From assembly GCA_002633005.1 (NCBI GenBank), contig NMRA01000328.1:380134-444133 (forward strand): a stretch of DNA of 64,000 nt, in the 5' to 3' direction. The position numbers and the translations under genes were made by a program. Origin of the DNA: Phoronis australis. Taxonomy: Eukaryota; Animalia; Phoronida. Below the pieces are notes generated by a model. It had not been told where the DNA came from and ran no database searches. It saw only the letters and a list, made by a program, of their open reading frames with translations. Shown piece after piece: positions 51,771 through 64,000 of this stretch (positions are counted from its first letter, which is position 1; the number at the start of each line of letters is the position of its first letter).

Positions 51771-54642
51771 GTAATTCAATCCTATCTTTCGCATTCAATG
51801 CTATTACATCAACTCAATCCACACACGTTGATTCCAAATCATGAATTCAATGCTGTTTTGTTTATTGTAACCTGTTTTGTGAATTCAATGCTGTTTAATC
51901 TGTTCTGTGTTGTCTATCGTATCGTGTTGTGAATTCCATCACCTTTCAAGAATTCAATCCAGTTTCGTCGATTCTCTTTCATCAATCCTAGCAACCTGGG
52001 CAAACTGAAACTTCGTGTGTATTATATCCTGTCGTGAATTCCATCCTGTCGTGAATTCAATCCAGTTTCGTCAATCCCAGCTGCCTATGGACGAAACCAA
52101 TATTTGTCGCATGCGTTTGAGTTTCCTTGTTGCGTAACGTCTGCGACACTCGGCGTCAGAAGCGAAGCAAGAGTTGGTTCTGACAATGTCACACTAGAGA
52201 GAAATGCTGTCAAATATCGTTGGTCTTTTGACCGATTCAGTTCACCAGCTGCAAGTCAACAACTTAACCAGCCTGGCACCCAATCCCTGGCCCAGTGGAT
52301 TCTGACCACTACTTTGGCACTGAGGGACACCACAACGGCAAACTTAGCGCCATCTGATACGAGATCAACCAATTCCTCAGGCTCCGCCTTTGTTCAGGCA
52401 ATGCATGTGAATCGTGCAACAGAGTGTGTGTCCAGTTCTATTTGTGATAATACCGTAAACGTTCGGGTTAACGCCCATGCTCAGTTAACCGCCCACCCTC
52501 TACTTTAGGTGGATTTTCGATTTAACCGCCCACTGCTCAGTTAACCGCCCCTCTACGATTTTTGAAGATTTCCAGTTAAGCGCCCACCTCTCGTTTAATT
52601 GCCCATCCCCGACTTTTCAAGATTGAAGATTTTGGGCGAAAGTGTTAGGAAACGTGCATTCCCGACTTTTAGATACTGATGTTGATCACAACCAGCGCAA
52701 CGACGCTGGGCCTCCGGGACAGTGGTTTGGCAATGTGAATTACAATACAAGTAATGAATTATTGTCCCGGATCATGGACTTACTTCAAAATATAATACTT
52801 GGAACGTTTTTGTCATTTTATTTTCTTCCCATGTTTGCAAACCCCGCCGGCGTCAATACCTTCGCTTTCAGCGATGCTGTCTGCCGCGCTGAGCTTCCTT
52901 CAGCAGTGCCCTAGATAAAAACATATATTCAAAATAATCGGCCAGAGAAATGTGACAACGGTTTATCCAACCCTCCAAATTCTCTTTAGGTAGGAAGCTC
53001 TCGTATTTTGAAGAATTAATTTCTATAACTCCCGGAAGGATGTCAAATTCTCCCCATTTTGATGAATGTTATTGCCAGGTTATCAAGGATGTGTGGCTAC
53101 CAAAGGGACAGTGTGCCTCACTGGGTTAGCCTACCGATTTGCTGCCTTTTGATTTCTGAGTTCACAGGTTGGCAATACGTCACTGTATATTTGTGTATCA
53201 TCTTGAAATAATAAAAAACTTCTAATCCGAAATTTTGTTTTTCGCTTACTGCATCTCAGTCAAACAGGCGTTAGCAGATTTAACTAATGTTGCTGGCTGT
53301 TCTTTACTATGATATGCGTCAACCCCCGCCTGACTGTGCAGTGTGAATTATCGCTTCCATATTCCCTTTTTAGCTATCCAGAATAATTTTGTTTCTACAT
53401 TGGCCAGTTTCATCCTGAACAAATTTCTTATCATTCGAGCCTGAAATATCTACAACGCAGACTGACTGAAAATTGGCGATAGTTGGTAGGAGGTGCACGC
53501 AGCTAGAGTTACGGGCATGGCACACTGACGAGCCTATGGAACATCGAGCCGGAAAATATGGAAGCAGACTTGACATCGCAGTTTTGGGGGACACTGGAAC
53601 GGAGGAATATCGTAAAGCACTGGGTCTTTCCTAACAAGAGCTTAACGTACAGCATCACACCGGTTTCTTTTACTTTTAGTCACTGCCTACTCAAAAATGC
53701 ACATTATTCATGCTACCCTGGGTATTCATAAAGTTCCGCAATACTTTTGGGGGACACCAGAACGTGCCTATGTGGGGCAGAGTACTAAATCCAAGAAATG
53801 GAGTTTTGTGCAGCGGGTCGTGTGAGAATCTTCATCAACAACCGGTTTTTATCACGCTTAAACGTCGGAACTTCAAGGTAAAATGATGAAGGGGAGAGCT
53901 AAATTCGCCGACAAGCAAGCAAACAACAGCAAACGGATGCAATTAAGTTTCATCAACAGAATGAAATTGAAATAATCATAAACTACGTACATCCCTGTGT
54001 TTGTTTTTTATATCGATTTTTCTAAATTTATACTTGTCTTAATGCAGCTTGGCTGCGATTACCCCCTGCACAAGTTTACTCACTACAACCCAACTGATTC
54101 GTAATTTTGAGTCCGTGACACAAAATTGCCACTCTCTAAATAATCTTCCCCAGCTGGTAAAATTTCATTTTGATTTGTTTGTAAGGATTGATCAGTAATT
54201 CGAATTATAAAATCAACCTTTCAGATGATAATTAATATTACGGATTTGAAGCAGATTTTAAAAGGCTGAGCGCTTAACGCCGCGGAGGCGGGTGAGGTCG
54301 CCTGAGATTTGGTACTTGAATGACTGGTCTATGTTTTTTAATCGCCAAAGAGCACATGTACTTATCCCTCCACATGCGCACATGCCATATATTAGTTGAG
54401 TCATTAGTCTGCCATGCAGGATTGACGAAACAGAATCAACAGAACTGGATTGAATTCAAGAAACTGGATTGAATTCACAACACGCTAGGATAGACGAAAC
54501 AGAATGAATTAAACACCATTGAATTCAGTAAACAGAAGGAATATACAAAACAGCATTGAGTTCAAGATATTGAATGCTGGACCAGTGTGGATTGAATTGA
54601 TGTAATAGCATTGAAATACACAAGATAGCTGGATTGAATTGG
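51771..54642. mobile_element. Long-TIR element (GAATTCAAT-rich arms of ~230-310 bp) with a nested pogo-like insertion from 52453
   Basis: 51771-52085 is an inverted match to 54415-54642. An internal TA|CCGTAAACGTTCGGGTTAACG terminus carries TAACCGCCC repeats. Confidence 0.7.
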
Positions 54643-54691
54643 CATGAGTCCATTAAATGGAATTGAATATAATTTGATGTTTTTTTTGCAG

Positions 54692-54964
54692 TGTTAGAAC
54701 AGCATGTGTGTTTCAAGCAAGACTTTCCTGGTTATGTCACCATTGGGTGCACTTCACAAAGACAAGTGCTTCATGTCCTCTCTGCTGAACTTGGAAGTGA
54801 AGACAGTTGTAAATATAACTCAAACTGCTTGCCAATCAACATCACACGGGATGCCAGACACCAATGTAATGGAAGACATCAGTGTCACCTACCAATAAAA
54901 GTAGTCCAGAACAGCTGCCAAAACTTGGTCAACTTCATAGGCATCAAGGCAGAGTGCAGGCAAT
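54692..54964 (+). CDS. Nested receptor exon 2, SUEL/Gal-lectin-like domain 1
   Basis: tttgcag|...|gtaagt, 273 bp, phase 1-1. Eight Cys in SUEL-like spacing (C...C...C...C...CNGRHQC...C...C). Confidence 0.85.
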
Positions 54965-55218
54965 GTAAGTGTTGAAACCTTGGTTGGTATAACACAGGAT
55001 GTTTAAACTAGACCTTAAGTGACCTCCACACACAGAATAGGACAAGTAACCTCTCAAATCAGTTGTCACTATAGGTTTGAGGACTGTTTGGACACTATAG
55101 TGCAACTAGCCCCACCTGTGACAACTTACGCCACATTATCGAAGTAAGATAACTTGTTCTAGGGTAACTTGCCCCACTTCTAATAGCTATGTGGCTGCCT
55201 TTCGCTAATTTTTAGATA

Positions 55219-55268
55219 TGTGTGTGTGTGTGTGTGTGTGTGTGAGTGTGTGTGTGAGCGCGTGCGTG
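55219..55268. repeat. (TG)n microsatellite
   Basis: Directly visible. Confidence 0.95.
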
Positions 55269-56460
55269 CATGTCTGTGTACGGTCCACTCTACAGTTAGG
55301 CAAGTTGTACAACTGCAAGTTGTTATAGGGTAAGTCTGTGTGTGAATGGGACTTTAAGGTCACACCTCATGACATTACCTATATATTATGCTGTCATTAT
55401 GCCTCAACAAGGAACACTGGTAGATTTAGCACGCTGTGAAGGAGGCTGAATTTTCGCCTCATAACTTTAGGGGGACATGATGAATGGGTGAAACCCTCAT
55501 GGGTATAATGACTGTTCTGCCATAGGGATGAGTCACCAAATGACCACACATCCATTCGTAGTACTCTTCAGTCACTTCTACATGCTCTAAATAGATTACA
55601 TCTTGGTACAATGGACAGAGGTTTAAAAATGTATAGGTTCAGTTTTGTAATCGAAACAAATTAATGGTAGACAGGCAAAACAGTTTTCAAAGTTAACCTC
55701 CTGACTCCTATCCATTGATAATTTGATTTGTTTTGACCACACTCTGAGCTAGAAAATCTATAGGTCTGTCAACCTTCCAATCAAACTACTGATTAAATAT
55801 GTCTTTGATTTGACCAACAAGGTATACACTATTTAAGGTTATGTCAATTAAACCTTATTATTTAGTGATCTAATTCTCAGTCAATTATCCAAAAACTACG
55901 CTGTGTCAACTAGCAAAAGTAGGTACATATTTCCTGAAACAAAAAAGGTCAGGGAAGCAACAGAGACAGGAGTTGCAAAACACCAAACATCATGCCAGAT
56001 GAAGGAATTTGGATCAGAATTCACAATAACCTGATATATAACTGTTTGCAAGAGCATTCAATCAAAGAATAATTTTGCATTTGATGTATGCATATGACAC
56101 GTGTGAATATCACAAACAAAGGGAATGCATGTTTTGAATTAGATGAAGTTTTCATTGGAAATACTGTGAAGTGATGACTATATAAGGAACACCTTTATAG
56201 TCATGAACAATTTGGCATGTGTTAATCGGCAATGTGGTCACACGGGAATGTCTGACATCAACCACCTCCGAATTTCCCGAGTTTTTAGTGTTAGTAAACC
56301 CCTGTTCATCAATCATAGGAAATTTGCAAAATATGTAGTTAATTTCAATAATAATAATTGTCTGTTTTAAATTAAGATAAATGGGGAATAGTTGAGAACT
56401 TTAAGTAATGTTTACATTTTCAACCAAAACCCAAGGAGAGAAATAATTTGGAATTAAAAC

Positions 56461-56740
56461 ATGGTGAATTGGCCGTGTCTGTCTTCTCATACTGCCATCA
56501 GGGTGAATTGGCCGTGTCTATCTTCTCATACTGCCATCAGGGTGAATTGGCCGTGTCTGTCTTTTCATACTGCCATCAGTGTGAATTGGCCATATCTGTC
56601 TTCTCATAATGCCATCAGGGTGAATTGGCCCGTGTCTGTCTTCTCATACTGCCATCAGTGTGAATTGGCCGTGTCTATCTTCTCATAATGCCATCATGGT
56701 GAATTGGCCCGTGTCTGTCTTCTCATACTGCCATCATGGT
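56461..56740. repeat. 39-bp minisatellite x7
   Basis: Unit gtgaattggccgtgtctgtcttctcatactgccatcagg. Confidence 0.95.
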
Positions 56741-57288
56741 GTTTTTCCTATGCCCATCTAGCCGAGTCTAGTTTTCTATTTCATTTTGTACTTACATCAC
56801 AATACATGATATTATTTGACAACCCACACCTTGGTTAACACTGGAACATAAGCTGATTAACATCCAAGATTTACTTCAGACAAGGGTTTGAATTCAAGGA
56901 AGGTGCACCTACATTAAGAGATGTAGCAGATAGAGCTTCAGGACAAGTAAATTACATTTATGATAGACATATGTCCCGAATAATAGATAAATGATACGTG
57001 CGTCACAAGCTCATGCCCATAAATATGGGTAGGAAAGTTTAGTTTTATTTAGATAATGTCAAAGACAATTAGCAAAATAGACTAGATTAGATTACGGACA
57101 TAGAACTGCCCCCTGAGTCCATCTTGTATATTTTGGTTGCTGGAAAATGGTGACTAACAAGCCCGATTGGGTTGAGTACTTTCACACAATCAAGTTGTAA
57201 TTGTAAAATGTATTACCATACTCACTATAATAACTGAATATTATATCATGCCATGTCATATATATACTAAAGATGTTTTCTCTTTCAG

Positions 57289-57582
57289 CAAATTCATTTC
57301 TATGGTCAACTTGCTACAACAGTACAGTAAAGGAAGTTGAGTTATATTGCCCTAATGATAACCACACCATGGTCATTCATTGGGCGACAACGAGCAGTGA
57401 AGGACTGTGTGCATCCAACCCTATACCAAACAAGTGTGTTAAAGACGTGACTAGAACTGCACAAACCCGCTGCACTGGATTTTCTGAGTGTTACATACCC
57501 CTCTACCCCACATCATCATCATCATCATCATCGTGCAATACACAGAACAACTACATAGATGTCAAATACACCTGCGTACCAC
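57289..57582 (+). CDS. Nested receptor exon 3, SUEL/Gal-lectin-like domain 2
   Basis: tttcag|...|gtaagt, 294 bp, phase 1-1: TCY...LYCP...LC...KC...RCTGFSEC...C...YIDVKYTC, with an internal poly-Ser. Confidence 0.87.
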
Positions 57583-58734
57583 GTAAGTGATAAATTACTT
57601 GAAAAAGTAAGAGTACCATCAGTGTCTATACCTAAATACCAAAAAATCGAGAGATTGACCATAAATCATATATGAATGAGATCAAGTGTTGATAAACTCC
57701 CCTTCTGTCAAAAACAACTTTTGATTTTGGACAGATTGTTATTAAATAATTGTCATTTTGCTTCTTACTCAGAACAAAAATGATTTCTAAGTTTGAGACC
57801 TGATTGGTTTTTATTACATACTGTGAGTATATGCTTCAGACCACGCCCATTGACTTGCTTGTCATGGGACTGACTTAGTTTCAGACAAAATTGAGGTCTT
57901 CAATTTATAATAACCATTGTCAATACACAGGGAAGGAAATCGTAGTTAGCAATACACTGGTGGACATACAATGACTAATTTCAAAGTAAGATAAAATGTG
58001 AATGAAACAGTTTTTTATTACGTAGTAAGAATTCTGCAGTTCAGAACAGTGAAAATTAATTGTTTTGCTTGAGGTCAGAGCATGTACCAAAATTCAGAAT
58101 ACTGGCATTTGCCATCATGTGAAACCGTATGTTCCACGATAGCAGTCATATTACCTAAACAACACTCAATATACCTTATTATTTCTAACATCAGAATATG
58201 GTCCATAGCAGCTCTGAGTAACAAATTCGTGACTATTTGTAATATATCTTGCACACATCTTAGGGATTTTTATCTTATAGTAACAAAGAGTGGTTTTGAA
58301 AAAAGACAAAAAACAATAGTCAGAGAATGAAATTTTCACATTGGTTCAAGGTTTCAGAAAGATGGCTTAAAGGAGAATGCCACCCAAAAAACAACCTATT
58401 TTGTATCAATTTAGATCGAATAGTTCTACTCGATAACGGCAGGTTCAGTTGCGTTACCTGACAACTGACGGCAAACGGAGGTGGTCAAAGACTGGATCTC
58501 CTGATTGACTAATTTTGTCTAATTTTGGACATGTTGACTAAGCAGAGAGTAAAAGGAATTATTCCTTTAATAAGATTGTTCAAAACTTTCACTAGATCTT
58601 AATAACTTAGAAATTTACTGAACATCTCAAACTCCTGCTCAACTAATCTTTGTTCCAATATGATATACTGAAAGTCCTCTTAACATTTCAAATTTAAGTC
58701 AATTTACTGCGTAAATCCGCCATTTTTCTGAATT

Positions 58735-59660
58735 ATTACTTGGCGGAATTCTTCGAATTCCGACAAGTATGTTGCTCTGTCGTCAATTTTTTTTTTGTTC
58801 GCAGTCTATAGGTTGCAATTTTCGTCCGGTTTTCACGAAATTTGCACACAACGTGTAGATCGGAAAGTCCTGGAAGCCTATTGTTTTTGGTCATGATCGG
58901 ATACAAAATGGCGGACGTGGCGGCCATTTTGTATCCGATTTCACAGTCAAATGGTTGTAGAGGCCGCATTTTTCAACATACATGATTGAAAATCGGTACG
59001 AATATACTAGAACGCATGTGCTACAAATGTGCAGAAAATCGTTGACTTCCGATTAAAGATGGCGGAAATATTGGACGTGGCGCATGCGCACCCCGAAATA
59101 TGGCTAAAAACGTTTTCTCCTGTAGAGGGCGCAATTGCAAACCAATCACTTTCAAACTGGTCAGGTGTTTGTTGAGATTAATAAGCTTTTATAAAAAATT
59201 ATTGNNNNNNNNNNNNNNNNNNNNNNNNNNNNNNNNNNNNNNNNNNNNNNNNNNNNNNNNNNNNNNNNNNNNNNNNNNNNNNNNNNNNNNNNNNNNNNNN
59301 NNNNNNNNNNNNNNNNNNNNNNNNNNNNNNNNNNNNNNNNNNNNNNNNNNNNNNNNNNNNNNNNNNNNNNNNNNNNNNNNNNNNNNNNNCATAACTTTGC
59401 TTTGCAGACTGTCACATAGCGCCACCTATTTTAGAATGTGGGAACAGACATGACTCGTCCGTCATGCTGGGCCATCTATTGTTCTTTATTGTAGTTGATT
59501 GTCTGCTCTCTATTTGATTTCTTCGCTAGTCACATGAATGTTATCGTGTTATCGTCTAATTCATAATTGCCGCCGTGATCGTCTTGATTGTCGTCGTCTC
59601 CCTCATCGTCGTCTTTTCGATTAGTTCCGCCAAGTGTCGCTCCTCCGAGCGCTCTCGTTT
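58735..59660 (+). mobile_element. HINE/Helentron-type element containing an assembly gap (59205-59389)
   Basis: subTIR acttggcggaa / ttccgccaagt, 5' hairpin cggaattcttcgaattccg, 3' hairpin cgctcctccgagcg, T-rich insertion site. Confidence 0.8.
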
Positions 59661-59819
59661 TTTGTTGCTTGGAAAACACATAATTTAAATGAGACTAATT
59701 TATAATGGTATAACCTTAACGCAAAGGTTCAGGCCTACTGTCAATTGCCAATATTTCCCATGTTCTGCTGCACAATACAATAAGTTTGTTGTAAATTAAC
59801 CTCTTGCTTGTACTTCCAG

Positions 59820-60215
59820 CTGTCAACCGATATGAAATATGTGATACAGTAGACAAGTACATTCCACTGTCAAGTCGGTTACAGTTGACTAGTCCTCTTT
59901 ACCCTGAGTACTATAGCCGATGGAACAACTACCTGCCGTTTAAATGTGGCTGCATGCTTAAGTTGCCTGATCTAAGCGTGTACCGCAACATCATAATTAA
60001 AGTGTTTCACTTTCAAATGTCAAAGGCTTTTGACTGCGCTGTAGCCAACCACGTGACTATCGACAGTGAGAAAGATGGTATTCCAAATCGTGATGTGTTC
60101 TGCGGCAGCCTGCCTCCAGAGACCACATTCAATATCAGCAGCAACATCATTAACACCACTTTGATAGTTTACAACACTTCAGAAGAACAAGAGGGATTCT
60201 GGGTCACCGTGAAAG
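59820..60215 (+). CDS. Nested receptor exon 4, CUB-like domain
   Basis: ttccag|...|gtatat, 396 bp, phase 1-1: C...LTSPLYPEYY...C...IIIKVFHFQM...DC...VFCG...GFWVTV. Confidence 0.88.
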
Positions 60216-61243
60216 GTATATAAATTAATCCATTTTGCAGAATAATCTCTGAATAAGCTGCGAAAGAGTCTGACCATTGAAACATACTGCTAGCATTGCC
60301 CTCTTGCGCTTATTCACAAAATTGTAAAAGCTTATTTCAGAACGTTGTTTTGCAAATAGTCTCCATGAATAAATTGGTAGACTGATTAGCTTAAAGCCTA
60401 ACTCCTACGATATTTTTTATTTTAGATGTATTGGGCTAACCAGTTACTGCTAGCAAAGCCTTAGTAAAATATGAAAACTTGAGTTCAATCACGCAAATAT
60501 AAGCCCGACAAATGATAGGTGAAGCTGCCTTTTCGTGTCATGTTGCATCACCGCGATATCCCAGCAAAAACAACAAAAGGCAGATAGCACTTGTATTGAA
60601 TAGGGGTCTGAAAAGAATACCATTGCGTTTTGGAGTTATTTGCAGCTTTTTGAATTAAAAGGTGATTCTCGTGGTAACAAGAGCAAACCAATATGCCTAA
60701 CAGTTCGTTGCATTTGGCAATTTATGGCACTAGTGTTCTCAGAGCGATGCTCTAAACATACTGTAGGAACCAAATTTAAAGGTGTTACCATTCAAGAAAG
60801 GCTTTAAAATAGGCAGGTGTTTTGATCTAGTTGTTGATGAAGTGTAACTGGTTACATGGACAGGCGATTTGTGCTGCCACCTGATACTAATTAGTTTTAG
60901 ACACATGAAAAGAATCCTTTGTAAGAAATATGATGTGGTTGCATGCTGAAATAATTTGCAGTGGAGACCACATTAAATCAAAAAAGTGGAAAGGATTGAT
61001 TCTTGAAAAAACGGAATCGAAGGTAAATATTGAGAAAGAACTTCACACGTACCATTTCGAGCATGGCAGTTACCAGACACAATGCCTAAAATTGTAAAAT
61101 TTAGGCAAAATTTTGTTCCACAAGTTTTGTACCAGTAGCTCCATGTCTTCATATATTTACTACCCACAAGTCCTCTAAACTGAGGTTCAACAATATCACA
61201 ATATGATCCGAATTTAACATTGACATTATAACTTTATTTCTAG

Positions 61244-61531
61244 TTAATGGACAACTAAGTTCAGAAAACATGAAGCTGGTGTGTGGAGTGATGTCCACTG
61301 GCACTGAAGTGGGAACTATCTTGCCAACTGGAGACATTCCGCATCCAACCAATGATTCCCCGCCCCCAACTAACGGTTCCCCGCCTCCAACTAATGACTC
61401 CCCGCCTCCAGCTAATGGCCCCCCGCCTCCAACTAGAGGCCCGCCACCTCTAACTGGAAAAACTCCATCACCAACTGCAGAGGCCTCGACATCAGCAGCT
61501 AGCCAACCAGTGTCCTCACAATTAGGAACAG
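61244..61531 (+). CDS. Nested receptor exon 5, Pro/Thr-rich stalk
   Basis: ttctag|...|gtaaaa, 288 bp, phase 1-1, with ~6 heptad repeats PPPTN(D/G)S. Confidence 0.85.
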
Positions 61532-62580
61532 GTAAAAGCTAAATCATCCCCAATATAGCACAATCACTGTGTTGCTTTTACTGACGGATGAGCGACTCCT
61601 AAAACCTAAGCCTAGCTGACATGAGGGTAGAACAACAGACGAGTCTTGCCCCTCAAACAATACTTAACAAAATGGAGCACATGCTAAGTTTCATAGGGTA
61701 GTTTTATAAACCTAGTATTCAGAAATTCTGTTTTTCTATTTTGTTGAAAACATGATTTAGTCTTCTGGTCAATCAGCAAAGGTAGCTCCTGGTATCAATA
61801 GGCTAGCTACAACAGCGGCTACAGCTACGATAGTTACTACAGCTCAATTTTACCATTTCGTTCAACTACAAAGCCAGTGCAGGATTATCAATTAATGTAA
61901 ATAAGTTACAACTTGAGGCTCCTGCAAAAATGGGAGCCCATCTCCTTGACCACAGTGGTGACAGGGGGCAAGACAATACATTAAGCTAACAAAGCTGCAG
62001 TACAGGGTCTCGTCAACATACGAGGTAGAGACCTAGTCTCTTCAACATGTAGTCCCCTAAAAAAATTGTGGCAACCAGTGGAATTGAAAATTGAGGCCCT
62101 TTCTCATCGCCACAGGGTCCTCTCGAAAGCTGTGATGACCATTGGAGAAATGTTGGAACTGTATTGACAAGGGCCCCAGACATTTTATAGCTTGGAGCCC
62201 CAAGAAACTAGAATGCAGCACTGACAGAAGCATTAGAGTAATAACATTTCTATTATCGGCTATGTTCGCTCAAAAAATAAATGTTTACTTACTTGCATGG
62301 TGGACATCAGCTTTCATCTTGGTACATTACTTTTAGGTACAAAATGTTGTGATTTGTAACTTTTTCGCATCCCATTCTTTCTTTGCAAAGACGACAGTGT
62401 TGAAAATTGTGTAATTTTGGGAAGTAGCCTCTGTGTCCTACAGGATGGGCTCATTTGTTTTCCCCTGATTCAATCAGGGAAGTATTACTTAGATGTCGTG
62501 TGTTATTTGTAAACTCATTTAGATGTCTATGCTGGCCAAGAACCAACTGCCATAGTTATCATCCATATTTTCTTTTTCAG

Positions 62581-62662
62581 CTGTCATCATTGGTGTGTCA
62601 GTAGGTGGCGCTGTAGTGCTAATCATAGTCATAGCAGTCATTGTCTTCTGCTGCCTCAAGTG
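62581..62662 (+). CDS. Nested receptor exon 6, transmembrane helix
   Basis: tttcag|...|gtgagt, 82 bp: AVIIGVSVGGAVVLIIVIAVIVFCCLK(W). Confidence 0.9.
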
Positions 62663-63080
62663 GTGAGTCAATCCGCACTCAACAGAACATTTTGTGAAAA
62701 TACACAAAAACGTATAGTGTTGGAATTGCACTTATGCAAATCATGAGATGACATCTTACTGCAGACATGCAAAATGGCAGGTTGGAGGTTATTTCCCAAA
62801 TTGTGGCCCGTAACAAACATTGCCAGAGGAGAAGAAACTATACCTGACAATCTATAATTAAAAACACTGATAGTCCCTAAGTTTCAAACCACACTCATTC
62901 CACTGGTGGTTTCTAGACACCAAAGTTTTAAAGAAATTCGTATTTTAGCTTAAGCTACTATCGATCACCAAAATCAAACAAGTTTTAGACAGGTGCAAAG
63001 TTCATTTTACAATCTTCTGTTCTACAGGACACTAGAGACTGGATACAATTGCAAGAATAAAATTTACAATTCTTTCTCAG

Positions 63081-63498
63081 GAAACGACAAAACTCCATGT
63101 CTGGCCGCTCACTGCCACCACTGCCCCCAGGTGACAAGTTTGAGAACCTTTACCCTGGACCTGCCACAGCTCCACGTAAAGGAATAGATAACCTAGGCTA
63201 CAGTAAGACAGATGGTGAAGATATGTATGAGACTATACCATATGATGAATACGACCCATCCAAAGAGAATAAATACATAGAGCTATATGGCGGCAGTACA
63301 CAGGAGGGTAATGTCTACCTGACACCAGATGGTACTTCAAGCCCTCGCGCCCAACAAAATGACTATGTGGGTCTGTCCAAGGGCATTCAGCCACCAAATA
63401 GCGCTGCCTCTTCTAGTGCGGCAGATAGGACTCAGTACGAATCGCTGGCAAAGAACAGCGGTGGGGAAACATATGTCTATGCATCACAAGTCCCGTAA
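63081..63498 (+). CDS. Nested receptor exon 7, tyrosine-motif-rich cytoplasmic tail
   Basis: tctcag|G AAA CGA...TAA, phase 2 fits: KRQNSMSGRSLPPLPP...YETI...YIEL...YLTP...YVGL...YESL...*. Confidence 0.9.
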
Positions 63499-64000
63499 GT
63501 TAATACGGAAAACCTTGTTTTACTAAGTATACTGTAGTAAATGAATATGTACTAACTTCGCACCAACACCTTCCTAAACAAATTAACAACAATGTTCCCT
63601 AAGAGGTAGACCCTCATAAGAACCAATTTCACACTCAAAATATCAATATTTACAGTTGCCCAATAGGTGTCATACTGGACTGGTGAGAAAAAGAACACAA
63701 ATTTCAGAATTGAAAGCATGTTCTAGCTTGCTTTCAATTCCAGAAAAAGCCTTTTCCCCCAACAATGTTGTCCAAAGCAGTTTAAAATATGATTTCCCAT
63801 TACATTTTTTTGCTGAATAACTTCAACCCTTAAAAGAATATATTATCTGAATCTCCAATGACTGGAAATCTTAATTCATACACTAGAACATCACACAATT
63901 GTTTAGAATCATGTGACAGCAATTTTTTCTTGGGCACGTAAATAACACGCTTAAACTTTATGGACAGCAATGAAAGCAAAGATAAAATTTTACACATGTA

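Noticed and set aside
63001-63080. Alternative upstream acceptor (ctacag at 63027) for the receptor tail exon
   Set aside because: It adds 53 nt, frameshifts and loses the tyrosine tail. There is no further support.

Overview
AT-rich, intron-rich invertebrate genomic DNA (lophotrochozoan/mollusc-like by inference) with two assembly gaps. Four protein-coding genes can be reconstructed exon by exon from GT-AG sites and consistent phases. (1) Spermidine synthase SRM (+, exons 2-8; exon 1 not found in the window) has two same-phase, divergent copies of exon 6, the exon lining the amine-acceptor pocket, with a 4x TGCATG (RBFOX-type) cluster between them. (2) Microsomal glutathione S-transferase 3 MGST3 (+) has three tandem ATG-containing first coding exons, each encoding a different TM helix 1, plus a 6x tandem duplication of the exon-2 splice acceptor. 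(3) The 3' nine exons of the helicase ASCC3 (-) converge on MGST3. (4) A complete 617-aa type I membrane receptor (signal peptide, 2 SUEL-lectin-like domains, CUB-like domain, Pro/Thr stalk, TM, Tyr-motif-rich tail) lies antisense inside an apparent >15 kb ASCC3 intron. The introns carry Helentron-type HINE elements with arrays of co-oriented CTCF-like motifs, pogo-like and hAT-like MITEs, foldback elements, SINE heads and a Penelope GIY-YIG fragment. The most striking signal is exon-duplication-based diversification of substrate-contacting segments in two adjacent enzymes. All splicing claims are predictions from DNA alone.
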